A DNA stretch of 64,000 bases from Podarcis bocagei (lineage: Eukaryota), in assembly GCA_964188305.1 (NCBI GenBank), contig OZ076885.1; one strand, written 5' to 3'. The notes beneath the pieces are model-generated. The model was not told the origin of the DNA and searched no databases. It saw only the letters and a list, made by a program, of their open reading frames with translations. This document shows positions 22,498 through 34,296 of the stretch, piece after piece (position 1 is the stretch's first letter; each line of letters begins with the position of its first letter). A program made the position numbers and the translations under genes.

Positions 22498-24287
22498 GAT
22501 CTTCTGGGATGGTCAAGGAAGGATCTTCACAGCGAGTTTGGCTTTGTAGAAGTTGATCGGTCTGCTACCTTTGGCATGGGTTGGGCTGCTGGTGTTGGCA
22601 AGGTAGTTTGGCCTGGTGAGACAGAGCAGGATCGAGAATTTGGCACTGGCCCACAGGAGTGGCTGAGCTCATACAGTGATGCCAAAAGGCAGGATATGGA
22701 ATTTGGTTCCAGCCAGAAAGTCTGGACCAGAGGAACACCATTGCAGGACAGTTCTAATCCAGGGCAAGAAGATTGGATCACTGCCTATGGCAGCAGCTGT
22801 GGTGACCAGAAGATTGAGGAGCCAGATTGGAGCAGCACATATAGCATCAGCACTGCTGAGTGTCAGGACCGAGAGCCATACGTGAGAAAACCAGGCTGGC
22901 CCAGACTCTGCAGTAATGAAGATGATCAGGAGAGCAACAGGTCTGCTGCTGAGAAAATGGGTTGGAGCAGCCCCTATCACGTTGGTGCTACTGAAAGAAC
23001 TGACTGGCCCAATAAATACAGTGAAGAAAAGGATAGCTGTCCAGAATTGGAGGTTAACACAAAATCATCAGATGCGTTTAGCAAATACGGTACTCACAGC
23101 CACCAGGATGCAGAGCTCAGTGCCAGGCATTTAGAGGGGCCCAGTGATCACAGTGCTGTCAATGTTGGCTCTCAGGATGCCACATCCAGTGCCAGCCAGT
23201 CAGGCTGGCCTAGTGATTCCAATGTTGACAGCAGGGCTAGCCCAGTGCAGTCAGAGTCCCATGCCAACCAGGTGGAGCAACCTAGTGAATATAGTGCCAA
23301 TCATCCAGAATCCCAGGTTAGCATCCAACAGCGACTACGACCCAATACATATGGCTTTGATGATGGCAGCTGTCAGGAGTCTGAACTGAGTGTCAAACAG
23401 TCTGATTGGCCCAGCAGATATGTCATGGGTATTCCCCAAAGCCATGATGGTGTGTTCAGTGCTGAAAAACCAGATGGAGCCAGTGAATATGATGATAATC
23501 AAACACGCTGGGAAAGAGAACTCAGTATTGCAAGCAGAAGCAGCACCACTGAATTTGAGGCTGGTGATGTGGAGTACTGTGCCCGGAAGCCAGTCTGGGC
23601 TGATGATTACAACCTTAGGGAATCTGATCTACAAGATAGTGATTTCCCCATTGCCACAAGAGAATGGGTCAGAGACACTGATGTCTCGGCAACTAAACAA
23701 AATAACCAGTTAGGTGCTATAGGGAAGGACCGAGCTGGTAGTTTTGGTCCAATAGAGTTACCAAGTCTAAGTGTGACCGTGGATTTGGAGGAGACAGCTG
23801 GCAGCCTGGTAGGTCAGTCTAGAGACTTAATAGCAGTTGCTATGGATGAGCCTAGAGGAGTTGGAGAGGGGCAGCCTGAGTGGACTCAAGATCTTGGCCT
23901 CAGAGGCATGGATCTCTCAAAAGACTTGAAAGTTGGGAGCCCAGATGCATCTGAAAAACCTACAGAGAAGCAGCTTCATTGGTTTCCTTCCTTGGGTCTG
24001 GAAACCTTGTCTGCTTCATCAGATGTAAGGACTGTGAATCCAGAGGAGACCAGAGAACCTGGTGTGGGACAAGCAGATTTGGCCTACAGATCTGGCACTG
24101 AAAGCATGGAAGTGTCTGATTTGAGGCCCAAGGCTTTGGATGGGGCTGAGGAAGTAGATCTAATACAGATGGACTGGACTGGCGCAACTGGGATAAAGCA
24201 TAAGGACAGCAGCTATCAGTTTGGAGCGACACCTTTGGATGGTGATGAGATGGAGCATCCAAGAGCAGCTGGAGTCTCTGGAGAAAG
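22498..24287 (+). CDS. TNKS1BP1: TNKS1BP1 coding exon 5 (large acidic Trp-repeat exon)
   Basis: Starts DLLGWSRKDLHSEFG, 1790 nt open, ends AG|GTAAAG in phase 2. Confidence 0.93.
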
Positions 24288-24656
24288 GTAAAGGCTGTAT
24301 CCTAATGTATTATAAAAAGGTTCAGATGTTTTCATGCTTCAGTTCACTTGGTCTCCAACAGGTGCACTTCAGTGTGACAAGAGACCTATGAGAGCTTTCA
24401 CAGTGGTATTAGAGGAGGATGAGAAGATGAAGGCAGGTGGGTAGGTTGCCCAGGCGATCTGCAGAGGAATTGCCAGGACATTTTCTGAGCAGCTGTGCTG
24501 CTGCTTCCGCCATATCCATTGCTATTCACCTCACACCAGTGTTGCCATTTCAGCCTCAGCAGTGTCAGACAACAAGGGAAGTGAAGCAGGTGACCTGCCC
24601 AAGTGAGTCATAGAGGAACAGTTGGGACCCCTTGAGCAGCTTAATGTGGGTCAGAC

Positions 24657-24658
<2 letters not shown>

Positions 24659-24696
<38 letters not shown>
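24659..24696. repeat. (GT)n microsatellite
   Basis: About 18-19 GT units. Confidence 0.95.
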
Positions 24697-24697
<1 letters not shown>

Positions 24698-27600
24698 GGT
24701 GAGTGAAGCAAGTGATGGCACAGCCCCATGTCTCTTAAGAAAGTTAGAATGGAAGTGGAAGGCTAAATGAATACAAGTGGACAATGGAATTGAAGTACTG
24801 ATTTTGTTTTTGCATTGATTTCCTTTTGTAAATTCCTTTTGTAAAGTCAAAAGCACAGTTGCACACTTTTAATCGGTTTGCAACCATTCCCTTTCATCCC
24901 TCCATGTTACCCATTGTTAGTACAGCCAGTACCACATATTACTTTGTGTCTATGGTGCACAGCTGCTGAGGTAGGCCTTACAGCTACCTCTTGAAGCCAG
25001 AAATCTTTGTGGGAACCAGGAGAGGCAACTTCTATGGCGCTGCAGTGTAGAAACACTGCCCAGGCAATTGAACTTCTTTCCCTCACTCCGTGTGTGGCCC
25101 CTAAATCTACTATGAGTTTCCCCCCAGTTCTCCATAGCATATTTGGGGATAGCATGGGTCACATTTGGTGGTGTGGGAGAGAGAAGAAGAGAGGGAGAAG
25201 GTTCCATCCAACAAATAAAATCCTTGTGGTGATGGAACTTTAGCTCAACATATTAGTTGAATATGGCCCTGAGGTGTAGAAGCAACAATCATAGTATGTA
25301 ACTCTTGTTTCTTTTGTGAGAAAATCCAGTGATGCTCCACTGCTACCCTCCATCTGGTCATGACAGCAACTGCACACCCAGTAGCCATGATGTGCACTGT
25401 TTTGTTTTTCTAACTGTGGAAACACAGTAGAGTACTGTGGCTGTTGTAGAATGAAATCAGGCAGGCGGGGGGGGGGGCTGCAGCAGGTTACCTGGAGGTA
25501 TATTTTTACTCTCCTTAGCTGACCAGGCAAATGCCTAATGATACAGCTGCTGTTCTGCAAGAGCTGTCACCTTTGCTGTCGTATGATCAGTTCCACTGTC
25601 TTGTCTTGGGTTGGTGCCATGTTCAGCAGGAATGAGAAGAGGACTGATTCTTTTATGAATTGCTTCTAGTGTTTGGCTTTCAATTAGCTGTCTTGCTTCA
25701 GCAACATCCTGTACCAGCAGGTCCCATGTCTTATGCACATAATTAGCACTCTCATTCAGTATGCTCTGAAGTCACAACCTCTTTGTTATGGGTGAAAATG
25801 AGTGACAGTATCTATAATTCTCTTTCCTATATTGTATTCTGTAAACATCTCTCTTCGTCATCACTTGTTTCTCTTCAGCCTTGGATTTGCTGACTAGTAT
25901 TTTTTAAAAAATGATTCACTTCCCTCTGTGCCCCCCATGCCTCTTGCTGTGGTCCCTCATTTACGCAATTTTCTCCTGTGGCCCCCTTGGAATACCCTGG
26001 TTGTGAAACACTGCTCTAGACTGGAGTAGGAGTGCTTTGTCAGGATGTGCTCCCTCCTTTGAACATGTGCTTTTGAGCACCTCTTTTTTGGCAATACATT
26101 CTCCACAACTAGGTACTTGAGAGACCAGCAGCAAGTATGGCTTAAGGATTGTGCTGATGAGGAAGTGGCACACTATTTCAGAGGTAGGAACAGGTTCCAT
26201 AACAGAAGTAGGTCAGAAGGGGTTGGACCAGGCCCTTGTGGTCTCTTCCTGGAATGAAGTGGTAGCTAATTTCCTCCCCCCCCCCCAGCACTCAAATCTG
26301 GATCCATACCTGTATTGCTTTCACTGGGGAAATAACAATTTTGATGACTGTCCAGCTTCTTTGAAATGCAAAACAGAGTAGGAGTAGCAGACTGCACAAA
26401 CCACTGTCGCCTTTCTCCCACTTTCCTAAACTTGAAACAATTTTGTTTCTATCACTTTCTGTGGGTTATAACCAGCATCTTTCTGTTCTAGCATTTGAGG
26501 AACTCATGTCACTGCTTGGAATAAGACTTCCAGATTGTGAGCTCTTTTAAATGCGAAGTCATCAAATTGGATTGTGATTATGGAAAGCAAAAGGGACAAG
26601 AAAGATAGTTTGCAGTGCTGCACTTTTTAAGCTAACCATGAAACAGGGGCAAACTATTATTTATTAGTTACCATTATGCTGGAACCCCAAGTGGCCAACA
26701 GTGAAAATTAAATATATTAAATTTAATCAAGTACAGCAGCAAAAATGAACCATAGAAAACAAACAGACTAAATACTAAACTCCTCTTGAGCATAAGCCTC
26801 ATTGTCATCAAGTTTATCAAAACAAAACAAAATAATGTTAAAAGCACTGATTGGTAACATATGTTGAAAATGTTGAAAGGCCTGGGAAAAGAACTGAAGT
26901 CTTCTCATCGTGCCCTCCATATATGTGTAGAAATTAGGAAGAATTGGGTCAGTTTTAATCTCAAATAACTGATTGCCATCATCTCGTCCTTGTAACCTAA
27001 TGAAAATGGATAGTTATAGAGATGGCCTTGGCAACTGTAGAGAGAATTCAAGGAGAACAACAAGGTGTGACTTTCAATGCCATGCACACAGCCATTTTAA
27101 AAGGTGCAGGTTTCACTCAAGGACTCTTCTTAGCTAAATGATGTGCCTTCTGATTTGGCTAAAATGGGGGATGGAGAGAATTGAGGGTACAGCCAAGGTC
27201 ACCCAGTGAACAACATGGCTGAGCATGGATATTAACTTGGGGCTCCCTAGTCCAAGCCTAGCATGCTGCCTTTCTCTGATGTGGAATCCTTCTCATGTGC
27301 ATGCCTAGTCATACTCTTGTTTTGAAGCTGCCTCTGCCTGTTTTGGTTGCTGCGTAACTTCCAGACAAAGGCTTTCTTGTATATTGGGTAATTTTGTACA
27401 CTTGACACCCTTAAGCCATGCATGGAGTGATTGAATCTCTCTGCTAATCCCTGCAACTCAAAATGAGAAACCAGGAAGTATCACCATCCAAACCAGTGTA
27501 AATTGAATGAAAATTAATTAATGTGTCGTGTCTTGGGTACTCCCCCTCTTCATACTTACGTTCTTCAGGCCACAGAGGGAACAGAATGCAGCAGTGCCTA

Positions 27601-27764
27601 GCAGCTCACTGAAGTTGATTAAGGCTATAATCCTATTGTCCAGTTTGCATGTAGCAGCCATGCTCTGAAATGAACTATAGCTTATCTTAAACAAGCAGTA
27701 TACTTGTACATGGTGGTCGGATTGTGACCTCTGTGTTTGTCCTTTTTCAGAAGCAAATCATTGC

Positions 27765-27943
27765 TGGCTTAGCATTGCATGCAAACCGGCACTCATGGTT
27801 TGTTTCCCACTAAACAAACCACAAGTGGCAAACCAAAGACAAACCTCGATTTCTTACTCATGGTTTGTTTGAAAATGTTCCAAAAACATGGGGTCATGGT
27901 AAACCGTAACTTTAGGCTATGGTTTACCATTACATGCTAACCA
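27765..27943. mobile_element. Decayed foldback MITE-like element
   Basis: Imperfect terminal inverted repeats TGGCTTAGCAT..GCAAACC / TGGTTTAC..ATGCTAACCA with internal TGGTTTGTTT/AAACAAACCA. Confidence 0.6.
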
Positions 27944-28712
27944 GGACTATGTGTGTTATGTGAGAGTAAGCCTCATTGAACAGAATGGGACTTAATTCTC
28001 AGTAAGCATGCATAGGATTGTTCTTTTAGAGTTGCCCTTAAGGGAATGTAAAACCAAGGAGGTTGTCAAGCCAGGGTTTTTGCAGGCTGTGGGTTGTAAA
28101 TTGGGCAGACATGTCATAACGGCAGCCTTTGGCCTGAGGAATCTGTAGTCTGTGGGGTAGCTACAGTTACATATTCCACACTCCTCATTGCAGTCCAGCC
28201 TTTTGAAATTGCCATATAGTATAGCCTGTATTTATTTTGGCAGTCGGGAAATGTGCAGGTTTATCTTTCCTCCTGTCTTCTCTAATGCAAACTGTTGCTG
28301 CCTTGGATCGCATGAGCTTCCACCTGCATTGTGAAGTGGATATCCCTACGATGATTGTACCATGTGGCTTAAGTGTAGGGTCATGATTTGAGTTCTCTTT
28401 GAGGTATTTGTACTCTTTGACCATTGGCAATTGTAGGTTTGAATCCTCTGTTGTGGGTTTGTCCATCTCTGATGCCTCCTTAGGCCTGCATCATGTTTGT
28501 AAGGTATTCATTCTCGCTTTGGCTGTCGAGTCCTGACCTTCACATACCGTCATTTCTTTTGTACAGTGAGGAGAAAAATGGCTTTGGGATGATTAGGAGA
28601 TATGGAGATGCTTGGAGTTGGGGAGGGGGAATTTTGCTAAGATAGTGAGAGACCTGTTGATAAGAATTAAGAAGAACCTTACCCTAATGTTCATTATCTG
28701 ACATCCAAGCAG

Positions 28713-29118
28713 AAAATTCCGTAGTGAGCGACTCTCCAGCCCCAGCTGCCTGCAGGAAGACATGGTTTCCAATAGTGCTGTCAAAGAGGTGGCCCAGCAG
28801 AAGAGACCTGCCTCCTTCCACAGCTGCCATTCAGAAGAAGAGAGGATACTGCGCAGCTTGCGTAATAACCAGGGGGCTCTTGCTGAAAGGGCTGAAGGAC
28901 TGCCTTTCTCAGCAAAGGAGGATGGAAAAGCTTTGTCTGCTGCAGATGGTGGGGACAGCCAGTTAGACAGTGGAAATGGGAGTCAGCTACCCGTGGACCT
29001 GAGAGTGTTGAATCATCCAGAACAAAATGGAAGTCAAGCTGCACAGCCCATATCACAGAAGGCTCCTGCTTCAGAGGGAGCTATTGCTCCTGAAGGGGAG
29101 AACTTCATCTTCTTAGAG
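28713..29118 (+). CDS. TNKS1BP1: TNKS1BP1 coding exon 6
   Basis: LSSPSCLQEDMVSNS ... ENFIFLE|GTAAGT. Acceptor AAGCAG| has a weak pyrimidine tract, with branch CCCTAAT at 28682. Phase 2 to 0. Confidence 0.82.
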
Positions 29119-29354
29119 GTAAGTAGTACTTAAGATGTTTCTGAGGTACCTGCTTGACCCCTGAGCCTTCTCTGCAGGATATGGGCTTATACGTGCACAG
29201 CAATTCTAAGGTTTGAGGGGCTTTTACATTACATTTAAATGCGTAGCTGATATAGAAACATGGGTTCCTAATGCTTTCTTTCAGGCAAATGCTCCATTTC
29301 AGACCTGCTTTACAAAGGGTTTTGTCATCTTCTATAATTGCTTCTGGATTGAGA

Positions 29355-29508
29355 GGGATTGCTAAATCAGTAGAGCATGAGGCTGTTTATCTCAGGATCA
29401 TGGGTTTGAGCCCCATGTTGGGCAAAAGATGTTGCATTGCAGGGGGTTGGACTAGATGACCCTCATGGTCCCTTCTAACTACAATTCCATGATTCTGTGA
29501 TTCTATGT
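29355..29508 (+). mobile_element. tRNA-Lys-derived SINE with CR1-type tail (POM/Squam2-like)
   Basis: Same structure as 4684-4825, with an (ATTCTRTG)n tail. Confidence 0.85.
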
Positions 29509-30344
29509 ATAAAGAATAGCTCATAACCTTGCCTTTTTTGGCTGTATTTTGGTAGCTGACTCCAGATAATATTTCAGGCTTCACAAGTTGACTCATGAGT
29601 CATGAGTCCTCCAACAAACAGCTTATGTCTTGCTGCTGAAGTAGAAATAAGTTGGAAGACTAGAGAGTGAGAAGAGAAATCTAAATCCTTTTTCTAATAT
29701 TGCCATTTCAGTTGGGCAACCTTGAACCAAAGTTATTTTCGTCCCTTGGTTTTCATGCAAGCTGTAAATCATTTGTAGGAAAGGTTTCAGCCAACCACCC
29801 ATGCCAGTCTGCCCAGAAGCCTTCCCACACAGCCTGGTGATGCCCTTGGGTTGTGCTACATGGGCAGAGCTAGTGTGTCCAGGCTTTTGGTAACCAGCCT
29901 CATCCCACACTTTAGACTTGAGTGACACCCCAGGACAATGTAAGCAGCAATCTGGTTGGAAAAATTCATAAGCAGTTCTCCCTGCCTTCCTCTACTCATA
30001 GCTGTCAGTCGTTCACCTAAAATTTAGAAGGTGAGCCAACCATAGAAGAGTATTTGGGGCAGGAAATAGAAGAAAACCGACACATATTAACAGTTTTTAA
30101 TGAAAGGACAAGTTGTTAATGGTTGAGCTCAGGCTTTGTGGGAATATGTGGATGTTTTGCTAGCTGTGGTCCTGCAAGCTGTGCATGTCTCTGGAAAGTG
30201 TATGAAGTACTCTTCAGTTTCTGCTCCTTGGAGGAACTGAAGCTGAGAAGGATCTATGGGGACACTCTGGGTGTTGCTGTGCATTCATTGAGGGAGAAAT
30301 GTGTTTCTCTGATCTCTTTGTTCTCCTCTTCTGTATGCTTTCAG

Positions 30345-30486
30345 GATACAGAGGTTCTTGACAACACTGTGTATCGTGACCGTGTTAATTTGGGCCGTAA
30401 GCGAGGTCATCGTGCACCAGCCACCCGGTCTGGAGGGGCTCTTTCCGAGAATGAGGGAGACAATTGGATGTTCAGAGATTCCACAG
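30345..30486 (+). CDS. TNKS1BP1: TNKS1BP1 coding exon 7 (conserved C-terminal domain)
   Basis: DTEVLDNTVYRDRVNLGRKRGHRAP...WMFRDST, phase 0 to 1. Confidence 0.95.
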
Positions 30487-31085
30487 GTAGCATGGAGCGT
30501 TGCATCCTGGGCCTGGCATGTAGCCTTCATTGGTGTATTCCCAACATCTGTTACTGAAGCGGTTTTGGATGTGTTATCTCTTTGTGTCTTACTTGATTAT
30601 GTCATTTTGTGTGTGGCTTATTTTGTTAATTTACATTCTTGCCTTTCTTCACAAAAAGCTCTAGGCAGCTTGCATATGATTCCCAGGCAGTGTTCACTAC
30701 AGAGGCACTGCTTAGGGTCAGGCCATCTTAAGGTAGTTTATATCATGCTACACGTACAAGAATGCAAGTTTCTATCTAGAGCTTGCAGTCTAGAATTTGA
30801 CAGAGTGAAGAGGAGATAACCAAGGCAGCAGTATGTGGTTGCTTCAGTTACATGTGCTTAGGCTTTGTTATAGGCTTCAGCAGATGTGCCACATATAGCA
30901 TGACTTGGTGTGACAAAGGTTTCCAACAGGAGTGTCCTATGTTGCCTGTCATTGCTGCTTTCTAGGCACTGCACTTTAGATTATGTCATTCTTTTCCTCC
31001 TGTTGGGGCATGGATTAAAATGCGTCACATGGTGTCAGCATGGGTTCTTCTGCATTATGGCATTGCCATTTTCTTCCCTGTTTAG

Positions 31086-31219
31086 AGCCTCGAATAATTT
31101 CTGCGGTCTCTGATGAAGAAGCCCCAGAGGAACCAAGGAGCAGGAAGTCACGGACATCTCCACTGTCAAAGGGGGTAAAGGTCCCTCTCTTCCCAGGGCT
31201 GAACCCATCGGCATTGAAG
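31086..31219 (+). CDS. TNKS1BP1: TNKS1BP1 coding exon 8
   Basis: EPRIISAVSDEE...KVPLFPGLNPSALK, phase 1 to 0. Confidence 0.95.
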
Positions 31220-32134
31220 GTAGTACCTGGAAAGGGGTTGGGGACAGGATAAAGAATGACACAATGTTAACAAATATGGGTTGGCTCTTAGAAACTGAGT
31301 GGCCTTTGCTATCAGATAGTGGAATGTTAAATGTTAGAATTCCAAGCTGAAATCAAAGTACTGAATGAAAGGAGGGGGGAGAAAAACTCATGGAGAATGA
31401 GACAGTCAATGCTTCCAAGTCATGGTGGATAAACATTACTTCCATCATGCCACTGAACATCATTTGCTGAGGATCACCAATGGTAGAATGCTATTGCACT
31501 CATATTTGATAGGCATCTGGTTAGCTACTATGAGGAACCAGGATGCTGTACTAATTTGCTAATAAACCTCTGGCCTATAGGCGGCCGGGGGTTTCAGGGG
31601 TTCAGGAAGGGGTTTGCATTGAAATCCTACTAAAATGTTTTAGCAGGAGTTTCAATGTGAACCCATTGTGATAAGGAAGGGAAGTGCATGCATTAAAACC
31701 CCTGCTAAAATGAAAGGACGAAAAACCTTTGCTTTAGCAGTAGGTTCAATGCAAATCTCCTGTTATAAAAAGGTGTTGGCATTGAAAGCCCTGCTAAAAC
31801 AAAATGTTTTTCACTGTTTTAGTGAGGTGATTGACAAATGGGTGGCCTTGCAAGGCTTGTTTTGGCCCACAGGGCTAGTTGTGTCCAATTTGGCTTGCAA
31901 GGCAATCCTGGCCCATGGAGCCAAAAGCTTCCACACACTTGAGATAGGTCTTTGCTTTGTCAGAGGAGATTACTATCTAACCTGCAGCCCCTGATGGTAA
32001 AGAAAGTGCAGGGGGCAGTTATGAGAAAAAACAGAAAATCGCCAATGATAGATCAGGGAGTAGGACAACTCTAAGCAAATGTTAGGTGTTTTGCTAAATG
32101 CCTGCTTTTGTAAATCTGTTGTACTCAATCCTAG

Positions 32135-32286
32135 GCCAAGTTGCGAGGCCGAAACCGTTCTGCTGAGGAAGGGGATCCACAAAGTGAGGCCAAGGAAACC
32201 CATGTTCAGCGCTCTAAATCATGCAAGATTGCCAACATCACTGGGAAGCCTCTGGTGCTGCCACCCAAACCAGAGAAATCCTCAGG
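32135..32286 (+). CDS. TNKS1BP1: TNKS1BP1 coding exon 9
   Basis: AKLRGRNRSAEEG...VQRSKSCKI...KPLVLPPKPEKSS, phase 0 to 2. Confidence 0.95.
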
Positions 32287-33480
32287 GTAGGTGTGTGGTG
32301 GTGGAAAATAACATATGTCGGTATGTCGGTGGTGGTTATCCTGCTTGCTGCAGAACATGAGTGTGCTGCAACTCTTTCTGGCAACTATAGCAGAAGAAAG
32401 GCAGCAGCCAACAGTACACAGGAAATTAGGATAAAGATCATATATACTATCAGTGTTCTCAATTCTCCAAGTACCATTGCTTATGTAGTCAGAACATCAC
32501 CACCCATGCACAAGAGGCAGCACCCCAGGTTTGCAGAAGTACAAAAAATCTTGAAGGAAGAAACCTTTTTGAGGGGAATGCCTCCTTCCCCAAGAAACAT
32601 CCCATTGAGAACTAAGTGTGCTTAATGAGTACAGAATGTTCCTTGACTAGGGAAAACCAGGGATGGGGAAGAATGGAATGGAACAGCTGGAATCCCGAAT
32701 GGAGGGCATTTGTTCAATCATATGGACTTTGCTGGCCTATTGTTGGTCAGTTACAGGTGTCTGTATACCATTTGTCCCTCTAAGTCATGGTCCTCTGTAT
32801 GTTATCAGACTGAAACTCCCATTGTCCCTGACCGCTGATCATGCTGGCTGGGGCTGAGGAGAGTTGCAGTCCATCCACATCTGGAAGACCACAAGTTCTA
32901 CTCCCCCCCCCCCCTTCTCTGCTCTGAACAATGCATAGTCATTCTTAGTTGGTGGGATGTTTTGTCTTTTTAGTGCTTGCATCGAATGAGACTCTGGCAT
33001 GCCAACTAGTCAAGACCTCTTAGTGGTTGGCGTTCAGCTAGAGGGAAAGGGACAAAGGCATTTTGCGTTAAGACTCTTACCTGATGCAGACTCATGGCCT
33101 TTCCCTCCTCCTCTCTCTCCCCACTGTTGCTTTTTGAACATCCAGCCTGATAAAGAGTTCTGGGCAACTTGAAAGCTTGTCTGCTGTTTTGTGACATTTT
33201 TGGTTGGCCTAATAAAAGTATTGTCCTAAAACAGATTTTGGAGTTCAGTGATGTGTTCCCAGCAAATGACCTTGTGGGATATTCTCATTTTTAAAGTAAA
33301 CTTTGCAGTTGTCTGCTCCCTCTTTGAGCATTCAAAAACTAATGTTACAAAAAGTTTGAAACTGGATGTACTCTTACTTTTGGAATTGCCTTCTCCCATG
33401 AGAACCTGCGCAGGAATGCTGTTCCGTTACAGAGGCCCCCTACTATATTCACTTGCTGTTAGAGATACAACTAACGGGCT

Positions 33481-33481
<1 letters not shown>

Positions 33482-33561
<80 letters not shown>
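33482..33561. repeat. Compound (GT)n(GA)n microsatellite within an old L2-like remnant
   Basis: Seen directly in the sequence. Confidence 0.95.
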
Positions 33562-33566
<5 letters not shown>

Positions 33567-34235
33567 TTCTCTGTTGTGGTGTCCACATTAAGGAACAGCC
33601 TGCCTAGGGAGATGCACTTGACTTCCTCATTGCTTGCCCTTCAGCAAGCAGTGAAGAACATCTTATTCCAGCAGGTGCTCACTTAACCTGGCCTCTCTCC
33701 ATGATGTTTTAATTGTTGTTTTCAGCTGTTGTCTTACTGGTTTGTATTTATGATTTGTATTTTATGACTGTAGCCGTGGTCTTGTTGTAAGCTGCCTTAG
33801 TCCACTTCTGTGAGCAAAGGCAGGTAGAAGTAACTGAAATACATAAGAAACATAATAAATATATAATTTTGGGGCAAACTTTGTTACTTAGTGTTGTGAT
33901 TTTGGGTTCTGCCATGGGTCACAGTGCTACCTGCTCCTTCAGGCTTCCTGCCCACAACTCATGAGACATATTAGATTGGGGGGGGGGGGTGAAATTAGTG
34001 GTGCAGGGCTCTTAGATCCTGTTCTCTGCACTCTGCCTCCTTGCCTGTGTAGTGTTGGAGGGGTTGGAAAATTGTATACAGTGGCATGTCTGTGTGGCTG
34101 CATGCTGAGTGTTGGTATTCAAACTATTTCTTAGCATCCAGGTCCATCATTTTGCCTCTGGAATGTGGGTAACCCATTATTTTTTTTCTATCGTAGTTCC
34201 ACCTTTTGCTTTTAACCATTTCCTGACTCCCCTAG

Positions 34236-34296
34236 GTCAGAAACATCCTCACCCAATTGGCTGCAAGTCCTGAAGTTGAAAAAGAAGAAGTCTTGA
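34236..34296 (+). CDS. TNKS1BP1: TNKS1BP1 last coding exon
   Basis: (G)SETSSPNWLQVLKLKKKKS-TGA, matching the TAB182 basic C-terminus. Total CDS 5103 nt = 1700 aa + stop. Confidence 0.95.

Noticed and set aside
28567-28645. Stronger-looking acceptor upstream of coding exon 6
   Set aside because: Leads to an in-frame TAG and is out of frame with the conserved exon.
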